From positions 160,001-224,000 of the forward strand of contig CAWDPO010000024.1 in assembly GCA_963804165.1 (NCBI GenBank): 64,000 nt of DNA. Direction: 5' to 3'. Below, in pieces: positions 10,554 to 20,531 of the stretch. The translations under genes and the position numbers were made by a program. Below the pieces are notes generated by a model. That model saw nothing but the letters and a program-made list of their open reading frames with translations. It did no database searches and was not told the DNA's origin. Within the stretch, counting starts at the first letter, position 1, and each line of letters starts with the position of its first letter. The DNA is from an uncultured delta proteobacterium. Lineage in GTDB: Bacteria > Desulfobacterota > Binatia > UBA9968.

Positions 10554-11673
10554 AAGCTTTCGAATAATCCACGGAGAGGGACAACCAACCCGCACTACTC
10601 ACACAATGCAGAGTACAACGGGATTCTATTTGCGCCTCGCAAAATACGTGCCCTATCTGGCCACAACTAATAACTAGCCTAAATTGTTCAAATTTCACTG
10701 CATACATATGAAGCAGTTGTTGCTTCAGAAGGGTTTTCCCTTCAGCACACGTTTGATATTTCTAACACCACGTCCCAAGACCAGGACAAGAAAATCTCTT
10801 TAAGAAATTTTCGCGATCGCGTTTGCCGATACGGCCCTGCGCGCCATCCCCCCAAGGATGCGCGTTGGAACGGAAACGATCACTGAGCTTTTCAAGACAT
10901 TCACAGCTGTCGAGATTTCAATCGCCAACGTGTACTCAATTTTGATTGCTCGCAACAAGATGCTCACCAACGCAACGCGATACGACGTCCCTCTCAGTCG
11001 ACAGGCTTTTGGTCTTAAAGACCTCGAATTGGGATTCATATCTTTGCGGCATCTTCGCCAAAAATTGACCCGCAAAATAGCGGCGGTTTTTTTTCACCGT
11101 TGCTGCGTACTCGGCAAATTCTTCTCGTGAGCTAGCAACCATTATTTATTAATTCATTCACCAGCGGCCAATATTATTTTTACCGGTTCATTGTGCGCTA
11201 ACACCCATCGTTCCAGAAAAGAACCAAAACCAAAAAGATGATCACAAAGCGTGATTCCAGACGTGCGCAATAGCGCATCCGTTCTGAGATCGGAAGGTCT
11301 TAGTCTACTGAGGTCTAATTCTGGAAACGAGGAATGTTACTAAAACCACGGTCGCTATCCTGACTTCGGCAACCGGAAACCATCTCTGGGTAATTGGTAG
11401 CATTTCTTTACCTATAAGGGAAGCGAAAATTTATAAAAACATTTTAAATTTTTGTTACAGCAATTTTTATTCGGATGCCGATGGCAAGGAACTCATTTTG
11501 TAGGAATTATCCTTCAGATATTGACGCCACAACAAATCCGTAGCCCATGTGTTTCGAGATTCGAGTCACGGCGCACAACGGAAAACCAGAAAGCCCGGCG
11601 TTACAACGTCCGGAAAAAATCTTTTGATCGAATTGGACTAGATCGATACAGCGTCTGTCGAAATTGACACGGG

Positions 11674-11690
11674 CGCAATTGATATGCCAC
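11674..11690 (-). promoter_or_regulatory. Sigma-54 (-24/-12) promoter pointing toward the EPS operon
   Basis: Minus strand TGGCAT-ATCAA-TTGC; TGT-Nn-ACA palindromes nearby (tgtcgaaattgaca 11656-11669, tgtccggatatttcccaca 12021-12039). Confidence 0.6.
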
Positions 11691-12365
11691 GAAACTCAGT
11701 CCCTGACGTGCATGGCAAAATTTGTTAAAAGCCCGCACCGGGAACAATATCCCACCACCAAGTCAGGTGCATAAATTAATCCCCAATTTGCGTTGATACA
11801 TCGCCGATTGCTCCAAGAGTTATGGTTAGATGAAAAGTTCGCTCTAGCGTGTAACAGTCTCTTCACGCGGCTCCCTGCCTATTACTCAGTCACTGGGCGG
11901 CTGCATTGCCTACTACTTGGTCACTATTCTGCGCGATTGCACATTCGCGTATTCTCCGTCACAAAATTGTTCCGAATTGTTCCGATGTCCATCCATGTGC
12001 AAACATTGCCGGGCCTCGTTTGTCCGGATATTTCCCACAATTTACATTGGTAGCAAGGTCGTAATAGGCCACGGGCGAGTCGGTGGGCTGTGACGCACGC
12101 TTACGAAGATGAGATCCGGCATCGTCGGCTGCCATGGGAACGTTTGAATAACGAGTTGGCAGAGGATTTTCAGACGTGGAATCAGCTCGTCGCCCTGGAT
12201 TCCAGACAGAGCCAAAAAAGCCCGGTCTGAGAAATCCTCAGCCGGGCCGTTGAGCAATAAAACAACGAATGATTACAAGGCTTCCAAGTTAAACTTTCCC
12301 CGACTCATGATACGCCGTCCGCCTCCTCGCCGCGCGAAATTCCCCGATGCTGGACCGTCTCTGAT

Positions 12366-12801
12366 TCAACAGTATAAGGTTGAACACGACCGCTCTGACC
12401 CTTCCCCCTTTGCTCCCTGCTCCACGCTTTCGAACTCCGCGTACGGGACAGACTCCGGCCAGCCCGGGAGGCTCTGCTTATAAACTTCGAACGTCTGCGG
12501 AGAAATTATTTTCAACAAGGACGGCGGCAAGGGCACGAGCTGCATAGCGCAAAGGGCAAGGAACAGAGCTAAGGGCAACACGAGAGGCGGGAGGCGGGAT
12601 TGGGTGTTGGGCTCCATGCTCCTGCTTACCTGCGAGTATCGCGCGCTTAACCATCCACACCACTCACCAGCCCGAAGATCACCACTTCCATCGACCGAGT
12701 ACGCGGGCGCATGCACCGAGCCGAGCGCGAAGGGCGTAAACACAATCAGGAAGACGATAGCCGAAGATGAATAGGCGATCGCAGATTAGGGCTAAGGGCA
12801 T
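12366..12801 (-). pseudogene. Truncated, frameshifted N-terminus of an O-antigen ligase/polymerase-family membrane protein
   Basis: FTPFALGSVH...LALCAMQLVPLPPSLLKIISPQTFEVY resembles N-termini of WaaL/Wzy_C proteins; the rest of the gene is missing. Confidence 0.65.
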
Positions 12802-12907
12802 GGAGGTAAGGGGTAGGGGTAAGCGCTAAGGGCCTAAAGCCAGAGATCAGAAGTCAGCGGTCAAATGTCAGTGACTGCGTCCGTGCCTTCGTCCCTTACG
12901 CTGATCT

Positions 12908-12929
12908 TGCAATATATGCATTATATGCA
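12908..12929. promoter_or_regulatory. Palindromic operator upstream of the toxin-antitoxin pair
   Basis: tgcaatatatgcattatatgca is a near-perfect inverted repeat directly before brnT. Confidence 0.55.
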
Positions 12930-12942
12930 TACACTGTCTTAC

Positions 12943-13210
12943 GATAGCGAACTTTTGATCCCAAAGCATTTCGAGAATCTAAAAAAACACGGTGTCTCAC
13001 TTGCCGAAGGCGATGGTTTCTGAGTGATCCCTTGGGGTCACCGTCGAAGACGAGTCGGCCGAAGGAGAGCAACGGTTCGTGACCCTGGGTGCGAACATAT
13101 TCGGCTCCCTGAGAGTTGTGGTCTGGACACCACGGGACGAGGAAATTCGCATCATCTCGGTTCGTAAGCCGACACCGAAGGAAAGAAGGACATATGAAGA
13201 AGGAGTATGA
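12943..13210 (+). CDS. brnT: BrnT-family type II toxin (frameshifted; start approximate)
   Basis: Fragments NLKKHGVSL, EGEQRFVTLGANIFGSLRVVVWTPRDEEIRIISVRKPTPKERRTYEE. Confidence 0.8.
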
Positions 13211-13451
13211 TTTTCTCCAAAGGCAAACGCGGAGCGGTGATTCACCAGGCCGGGAAAACGCGCATTACCATTTATCTCGACGATACGGTTTCCTGAAACG
13301 CTTCAAGGCCGAGTCCGAGAGAACTGGAAAGGGGTACCAGACCCTGATCAACGATACGTTGAAATCCTATCTCGGGCTGAGCGATAAGCCTCTGACGGCG
13401 GAGATAGTATTAGCCAAGATCGTCCGTGAAGAACTTTCGAGTCAAAGCTGA
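13194..13451 (+). CDS. brnA: BrnA-family RHH antitoxin (frameshifted)
   Basis: MKKEYDFS..KRGAVI..GKTRITIYLDD..FKAESERTGKGYQTLINDTL; overlaps the brnT end. Confidence 0.8.
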   Translation: MKKEYDFLQRQTRSGDSPGRENAHYHLSRRYGFLKRFKAESERTGKGYQTLINDTLKSYLGLSDKPLTAEIVLAKIVREELSSQS

Positions 13452-13505
13452 CCTCCGACCTCTGATCTCTGACTTCTGATTTCCGGCCCCTGAAGGATGA
13501 GTTTC

Positions 13506-13810
13506 ATGAAAATTAAAAATGACTCGGTCCAGTGGCAATGTGTTTAAGGACTTGGGCTTTACCGCCGAGGAAGCGGAGCATCTTAAAGATCCGGTCAAGC
13601 ATGATGGCACATCTGCGGGGAACTCATCTGCAAATCGCGGTCTCACGCAGGGCGAATGCCGCTGCCCTTTTCGGCGTGACCCAACCCCGTGTGAGCGACC
13701 TGGTACGGGGGAAAATTGATTTGTTTAGCATCGATACGTTGGTGGACATACTCATTCATGCCGGAATTAAAGTTAAGTTCACATTAAGCGCAAAACCGCA
13801 GAGCCCATAA
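13506..13810 (+). CDS. XRE-family HTH (HigA-like antitoxin), frameshifted; 3' end abuts the pstA fragment
   Basis: MKIKMTRSSGNVFKDLGF..EAEHLKIRS..AAALFGVTQPRVSDLVRGKIDLFSIDTLVDIL. Confidence 0.75.
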
Positions 13811-14191
13811 ACAATCGCCGGCACGAGGCCGCACAACTGCTTAAGAAGAGAATGGCGCGCTTGAGCAGCTCCGAGCGGCTGAACTCGGCGAGATAAATCG
13901 CGCCGCCGACACCGAGCGGCAGCGACACCATCAATCCCAGCGCGATCAGCGCGGCCGAGCCTTCGATCGCGGGGCGAATGCCGCCCGAGCTGCCGAGCGG
14001 AAAAGCCGTAGGGCGTCTCCCACAGCAAATCCCCAACTGATCACGCCGGCGCCGCGATAAAGCAAAAACGCCACGATGGCGACCGGCAATGACAAGCCCG
14101 CGAGCCCAACGCTCCACGTCAGGATGACCAGGGATCGATCCTGCCACCGGCGCAAGCGCTCGCGCCGCAGCGCGAAATCATGCGGCGCCAC
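13790..14191 (-). pseudogene. 5' fragment of a pstA-like permease (diverged duplicate of 18696..19576)
   Basis: GFPLGSSGGIRPAIEGS, GAIYLAE, VPAIVYGLCG; breaks off near 13790. Confidence 0.8.
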
Positions 14192-14595
14192 GGATCACCC
14201 TTTGTTTGATCAGGCCAATCAGCGCATTGATAGCGATGATCACGAGCGCTGAGCAACAGCGCGGCAGCGAACAACGCGTGATATTTGGACGAGCCGGCAC
14301 CGGCCTCGCCTAATTCGGTGACGATGAGCGCCGTGATCGGCTGACCGCGATCGAGCAATGATTCCGGCGGCGCCACCGAGTTACCTGCCAGCATCACGAC
14401 CGCCAGGGTTTCACCCAGAGCGCGGGCGAGCGCCAGAACCACAGCAGCGATCATGCCGCCGGCGCCGGCGGGAAATAATACGCCGGTCACGAGCTTCCAT
14501 CGATTGATTCCCAGCGCCAGCGCCGCTTGCTTCATGTCCCGCGGCACGGCGCGAAACGCCTCGCCGGAGGTCGTCGCAATGAACGGTAGGATCAT
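14178..14595 (-). pseudogene. 3' fragment of a pstC-like permease (diverged duplicate of 19563..20520)
   Basis: MILPFIATTSGEAFRAVP..AALALG..ARALGETLAV; N-terminal half absent. Confidence 0.8.
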
Positions 14596-14677
14596 CCACC
14601 GCGAAGCGGTTTAGTCCAACGACGCTTCAGACAAATTTCGCAGGATTTGCGTCGAAGGAGAATTCAGTTCAATCCCG

Positions 14678-14752
14678 GCGCTAACCGTTCAAGCTCACCG
14701 GCGGCAATTGAGCGCAGCGGAATTGCCGCCGGTGCAGCGCCATGTCTAGCCG
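14678..14752 (-). other. Integron attC recombination site
   Basis: Minus strand CGGCTA(G)AC-ATGGCGCTGCACCGG-CGGCAATTCCGCTGCGCTCAATTGCCG-CCGGTGAGCTTGAACG-GTTAGCG: R'' and R' core boxes, L boxes and central palindrome. Confidence 0.85.
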
Positions 14753-14797
14753 TCGCTACTTCGAGGCTCCGACCACTTCTGAATCATTCTTGAAATA

Positions 14798-15652
14798 TCA
14801 TCTTCCCCGTAGAAGTGCCTTGCATACTTTGTTGCATATGCGTTGGAAAGGAGATTTTTTCGAATCCGACTCGGTCTTGACATCTCGATATAGCTCTCCG
14901 TCCTTCGAGTCCTGCCTCTCGTTAGCGTTGATAAGATCTTCGAAAAACTCCTCTCTGAGCAGTGCAGATAGGGCAGGCGATAGCGCCTTGTCTATCTTTT
15001 CGAGCGATACGATCGCGACGACAAATGCTCTTTCCGAAATAACACTCCATCCTTCCGACGCGTTGAACTCATGCTGGAATACGTCGATTCCAGTAAATCT
15101 GCAAAACTCACTGTCAAACCAATTTGAGATAAAATCATTATCTGGATCAAATTCTAAATAGTGTTTCGTAATATATTCCTGGACTAAAGTCTTAGTGAGA
15201 ATTCCCTCATCCCCCAGGAGATGAGGTCTATGTACTTTCGGATTCTGGAATACATGAGACAGGAAGGTGGCCACAGGATCTCTCATGAGAGATACGATAT
15301 ACCATTTCCGTGCGTGTGAGAGCCCGCTCAATGCGTTGCTGGCAGTAAGATGGTCCACGTTCCCCCGTAGCAACTGACCGAGTGTCATACGTGGGGCAGG
15401 TACGCCAGCGTTTTTGTACCTTGCGGAAATATGTGCAATATTCTCCCGTGTCAGGAAGTGCACATGATAAACAAGCTTTGACACATTATTCGATTGTATT
15501 GTTTGGTGAACTGTGGATGACCCTACTTTGCCCATCGTATACACTAATATTGTTCTATGTCCCATAGCATCAAGTACGCGATGTCTACACCTAACCGCCA
15601 ATCGTGGCAATAAAATGTGTCGGCTGCTCAAGTATCGCTTTAGACTCTTCAT
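14798..15652 (-). CDS. Gene-cassette ORF, sulfotransferase-fold putative capsular polysaccharide synthesis (NKWYS-like) protein
   Basis: ILVYTMGKVGSSTV (PAPS-binding-like loop), SLMRDPVATFLS, NWFDSEF; visibly more AT-rich than flanks; C-terminus probably frameshifted. Confidence 0.7.
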   Translation of the reverse strand: MKSLKRYLSSRHILLPRLAVRCRHRVLDAMGHRTILVYTMGKVGSSTVHQTIQSNNVSKLVYHVHFLTRENIAHISARYKNAGVPAPRMTLGQLLRGNVDHLTASNALSGLSHARKWYIVSLMRDPVATFLSHVFQNPKVHRPHLLGDEGILTKTLVQEYITKHYLEFDPDNDFISNWFDSEFCRFTGIDVFQHEFNASEGWSVISERAFVVAIVSLEKIDKALSPALSALLREEFFEDLINANERQDSKDGELYRDVKTESDSKKSPFQRICNKVCKALLRGR

Positions 15653-16035
15653 TTTGATTCTCGGCTAATTATTAAGTGACCTGCCGTAGGCGGCGAGAAA
15701 AGCCGGTCGGCCTATCTCGCCGAGACAGCTCCACGATCAAGCCATTAATTGGTCGCAATATCCTTCACTTACCCCAACCCTGTCAATATCGTTCTGCTCG
15801 GCAAACGCTGCCAAACTCGGCAGCCTATCTCCCTAACGATTCGCAGCCTATCTACGTCCAGTCCACCGCAAAAAGCCGGTACGATTGAATTGAACGACGC
15901 CTCAGTTGAATTCAACGCCAGATGGTTTAGTTGAGAATTCAATTCAATTGCAACGTAAGCTATTGCTGAATCCGCTCGTTTCTCGGTAAGCACAAAAATA
16001 ACTGGCAGGCCTCGGAGTCGGGCTCATTGTAGGAA

Positions 16036-16348
16036 TTACAGAGTATACGACAAGTCCAAATCACCGATCTCTTTGATCGAGCGGCCTACGTTATTTTTTA
16101 GGAGAGCACAAATTTCAGAGCACAGACCAGGCTCGTCGAAATACATCGACCCCCAATAGCGGAATCCATTATATGTCAATGAATAGAAAAAGGCAGGTGG
16201 TCACGCGATCGTGCATCCACACTTGCTGAAGAGTTCCAATTTCGCCAGTCGGCCAATCGTCTCGATCTCGGCGCGTTGTCGTCCATCGAGGCGGCCATGT
16301 TCTAACACCGCTCCTGCGCGTCAGTAGCGGGTGATCTCTGAGCCGCAT
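16036..16348 (-). CDS. Small hypothetical protein (frameshift near 16170)
   Basis: MRLRDHPLLTRRSGVRTWPPRW..GEIGTL..CLFLFID joined to NGFRYWGSMYFDEPGLCSEICALLKNNVGRSIKEIGDLDLSYTL*. Confidence 0.6.
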
Positions 16349-16453
16349 AACGGAAACGTATATTGCGAAAAGCGCGCTGGTCAACGGGATCCTTGAAAAT
16401 CTTCACCGATTGGCAACGGCGAAGCGCTATCACCGCTCGTCCCTATTTTTTCT

Positions 16454-16658
16454 CTAGTGTGGCGTCTCAGAAGTTCGTTTAAAAAGTCCAAACGATGGCA
16501 GCCTCTGAAGTCGAACTCAAATCCCCCTTTGTCCCCTTTTTCAAAGGGGGAATTTTCTCCGTGCGATTCTCACCCCTCTTTGCCAAAGAGGGGAAGGGGA
16601 GATTTTCTGACGGAATGACGCGAGAATTATGTCGCGAACTTCTGGGACAGGATACTAG
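16454..16658. mobile_element. ~205-bp MITE-like element, copy 3 (inverted, most intact)
   Basis: CTAGtgtggcgtctcagaagttcg ... cgaacttctgggacaggataCTAG. Confidence 0.85.
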
Positions 16659-16666
16659 CATACGCG

Positions 16667-17800
16667 CTAAGTCAACAGATGACGCGTGAGGTCGAGATTG
16701 GCGGTAAAGACTTCGGGCGCGGGGAGCTCCACCGAGAGAATTATAAATGATCAGTGGAATATCCGACTCGTGGAGCGAGCCATGGGATCGATAGCCGCGT
16801 TCGAGTTCTTCCATGGGCCCGTCGAGCTCGCCGAAAACCGTTTCAGCATCGCCGAATACTGCCAGCTCGCCGATGCGCTCGGGCATGAGGTCGAATTTTG
16901 CCGCGGCTTCACGGCGCGGCAGCACCGACTTCCACTCCTTTGAGATCCCATCAGGGTCGCGCGCGACTTTGCTCTCGTCCTTCGGTGACTTGAGCCAGAC
17001 CCAGGCCGCGCCGCCAAAGGTCCGGTGATGCTTCACGTAGCGATCTTTTTCCGCGGAAAGCGCAAAGCGCACTTCGCTGCCGAGCTCGCGGCACGCTTTG
17101 AAAAGGTCCCAACAGCGCGATTTGTAATTCATGCCGTGGTCGGCGGTGAGTAAGAAACGCGGCGTCCGGGCAGCGGCTTTCGCTTCGCCCAGGAGCTGAT
17201 CCAGAGTTGCCATATGTTCTTTCGATTCCTGCTCCGCCGGCGCCCAGGTATGCATCGGGAAAATCGGTGGTGTGAACATAGAGCAGACCGACGTCTGGGC
17301 GATGCTTGAGAATATCGACGGCGGCTCGCCACAGCCAATAATTGATTTCGCGAGCTGTAGATATTCGCCGGTTTGCCGTAGCGCTCGACCCACTCAGCAG
17401 GCGGCGCCTCGGCGGCAACGGCGATCTCCGCGCCGCGCCCGAGCAGATGAATGGTTTTTACTTTGCACGTCAGCAGCGCCGACTTTACGCCGCGCTCGGC
17501 GGCGCGTTGAATCATCGTCGGGACGCAAATAAAATCGGCGTTCTCCATGTAATCGGCTTCGCCGGTTTGCTCGTTGAAATAAGAATTGCCGGTAATGCCA
17601 TGCTCTTTCGGCCACGTGCCGCAGCAGATCGACGCATTATTGGCGTTGGTTACCGTCGGGAAAACCGCGCTGACCCGTTTGAAAAAGCCATTGTTCCGCC
17701 ATGAAGCGCAAGCGACGGCAACGGGCTGGCTTCCATGATAATCCATGCCGAAACCGTCATACATGCCGATAACAATCCGTTGTTTCCGATCAGTGCTCAT
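16667..17800 (-). CDS. Alkaline-phosphatase-superfamily hydrolase resembling phosphonoacetate hydrolase PhnA (several frameshifts)
   Basis: [53 protein letters not shown], pieced from ORFs 17129..17806, 16951..17418 and 16479..17393. Confidence 0.75.
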
Positions 17801-18687
17801 GAACATTTACCTCCAAGAATCTAGCCGATCTCGTCCCGAGACAAAATCGCGGGTAAGTTGCGATTGCGGGTTCGTGAAAAATTTTCGCCGTGGGCCCTGA
17901 CTCGACGATCTCTCCGTCGAGCATAAAGATCGCCTGATCGCAGACGCGTTTGGCTTGCGCCAGGTTATGGGTGACGATGACGATCGGTGTAGCGCGTCTT
18001 TGAAGCGCGAAGATCAGTTCTTCGATCTGCTGGGTTGCCGCCGGGTCGAGCGACGAGCAGGGCTCGTCCATGAGAATGACTTCTGGTTGGTTGGCCAGAG
18101 TGCGCGCCAGACAGAGGCGCTGTTGCTGCCCGCCCGACAGCCGATCGGCGCGATCGCTCAGCCGGTCTTTGATTTCGTTCCACAAGCCGACTTGTTCCAA
18201 ATACTCGCGCGCATACTCCACCGGCGCCGCGACCGTCGAGGAGGCCGTGATAGCGCGCGCCGAACAGCACGTCGTCGAGGATACTCATCGGAAACGGCAC
18301 CGGACGTTGATGGATAAGACCGATGCGCCGGCGGATCGCCGCGGGCTGAACGCGCTCCGTAGCAGATCTCTGCCGCGAAATCGACCGTGCCGCGAGAGCA
18401 GGCGCGCGCCGCGGGATCAGTTCCAGGGTGCGATTGAGCACGCGAAGAAAAGTCGATTTGCCGCAACCCGACGGGCCCAGGATCGCGGTGACCTGGCCGT
18501 TGCGCAAACGAGCAATCGATATTGCTGAGCACGACCGCTTTCACCATAGGCGACGGAAACGCCGGTGCACCGCAAAAACGATCGGCGCAGCGCAAATCTT
18601 GCGGAGCGTAGCGCCGCAGCATCGCGCGCGCGGTGGAATCGCCGGGCGCCAGGTCAATCGCCGTGATGTTTGGCTCGAATCATTCAC
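17790..18687 (-). CDS. pstB: Phosphate ABC transporter ATPase (frameshifted)
   Basis: [50 protein letters not shown]. Confidence 0.85.
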
Positions 18688-18695
18688 CGAATGTT

Positions 18696-19576
18696 TTACC
18701 TTCCCGCGCGCCCTTGGATCAGCATGACCGGCAAGATTTGCCATGAGAGGAGTCGCGACGAGAATCAATGCGGTAGCGTAGGCTTGCTGCAGCGAGCTCG
18801 CCTCGCTGACCAAATAATACAGATGGGTCGGCAGGGTCATCACCGGCGAGGACAAATCGAGGCCGCCTTTGGACAGGACGATGCTCGCGGTCAACAGCAC
18901 CGGCGCCGCCGAACCAAAGGCATGGCCCGCGGCGAGCACGACAGCGCCGAGCAGGCCGGACGCGCGCTTTGGGCCAGACGTTTTTGCGAAATGCATAGAG
19001 CCGGCTGACGCCGAGAGGCGAGCGCCGCTTCGCGATATTTTCCTTCCACCGCGCGCAATCGCCTCATAGGCGCCGATCATAACGATCGGCAGCATCACCA
19101 AGCCCAAGCGTTATGCGCCCCGGCGAGCAAGCGACAATTCGCATTTTCAACGTACACCACAAGAAACGAATAACCGACAAAGCCCATAGATGATCGCCGG
19201 CACGCCGGCCAAGCACTGGCTTAAAAGACTCATCGCGCGCTGCAGACCGAACCGACGCGCTGTATTCGGTGAGATAGATCGCGCCGCCGAGCGCCGAGCG
19301 GCAGCGAGACCGACAAACCGATCGCGACCAGAGCGAGCGATCCTTCGATGGCCGGCCGAATGCCGCCCGAGCTGCCGAGCGGAAACCCCGTGGGGCTCTG
19401 CCACAGCAAGTCCCAGGTGATCGCCTCGGCGCCGCGATAGAAGAAAAACGGACGATGGACGATCGGCAATGATGAAACCCAACAAACCCAACACTCCACG
19501 GCGATGGATGATAAATATTCGGTCCTGCCACGAGCGCATGCGCTCGCGCCGCAAGTCGCGAATCAAGCGCCGCCAT
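18696..19576 (-). CDS. pstA: Phosphate ABC transporter permease (frameshifted)
   Basis: GGIRPAIEGS, LAGVPAIIYGL, GHAFGSAAPVLLT, MTLPTHLY. Confidence 0.8.
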
Positions 19577-20520
19577 AAATCACCTTTTGTTTGAGCCAGG
19601 CCGATCAGCGCATTGATAGCTATGATCACGAGCATCAACAACAACGCGGCGGCGAATAAAGCGTGCTGTTTCGGCGAGCCTGACGCCGGCTTCGCCGAGT
19701 TCGGTGACGATCAGCGCAGTAATCGGCTGGCCGCGATCCAACAGTGATGCGGGCACGCCACCGAATTGCCCGCGAGCATCAATACCGCCAGCGTTTCACC
19801 CAAAGCGCGCGCCAACCCGAGCGCCACCGCCGCGAACATTCCGCCGGCGCGGCGTGGCGAATAAGTACCCGGCACGTAGCTACCAGCGATTGATTCCCAG
19901 CGCCAGCGCTGCCTCCTTCACGTCCGCGGGCACGGCGCGAAACGCCTCGCCCGAAGTCGTAGCAATGAAAGGTAAAATCATCACGGCGAAGATCAAGTCC
20001 GGCGACGAGCAGGGATTCGCCGGTCGGCATGTCGAAATACTGTTCAAACCAGGGAACCAAAGTGACGTAGCCGAAGAATCCGTAGACCACCGATGGAATG
20101 CCGGCCAGCAACTCGAGCGCAGGTTGCAGCAATCTTCGCATCGTTGCAGGCGCGATTTCCGCGATGAAAACGCCGATGCCGAAACCGACCGGGGCGGCGA
20201 GCGCGAGGGCGATCAAGGTGACGATAATAGTCGAAAGCCACGCGTGCCGCAATGCCGAAACTCGCCGGCTCGACAGCGGCTCCCATGGGTCAGTGATGAG
20301 CAGACCCCAGAGGCCGCCGCCGCTAAACAAAGCCGGCAAACCTTCGCGCGCCACCATCAGCGGCACCATCAGGAACGTGGCGACTCCCGATCGAGTAAGG
20401 AAGAACAGCAACGTGAGTTGCGCCAGCCGTTCCCGAAATCACCGTCCGTCGAATGCGGCGCGAAGCAACTTTCGCGACGAACGACTGTGAGCGAGGAATA
20501 GACGCGCCAGATCAACCGGT
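19563..20520 (-). CDS. pstC: Phosphate ABC transporter permease (frameshifted; start approximate)
   Basis: ELLAGIPSVVYGFFG, EAFRAVP, RALGET. Confidence 0.8.
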
Positions 20521-20531
20521 CGCGCGCAAAA

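Noticed and set aside
10800-11142. Possible frameshifted small regulator gene
   Set aside because: No recognisable motif; mentioned only under the EPS leader finding
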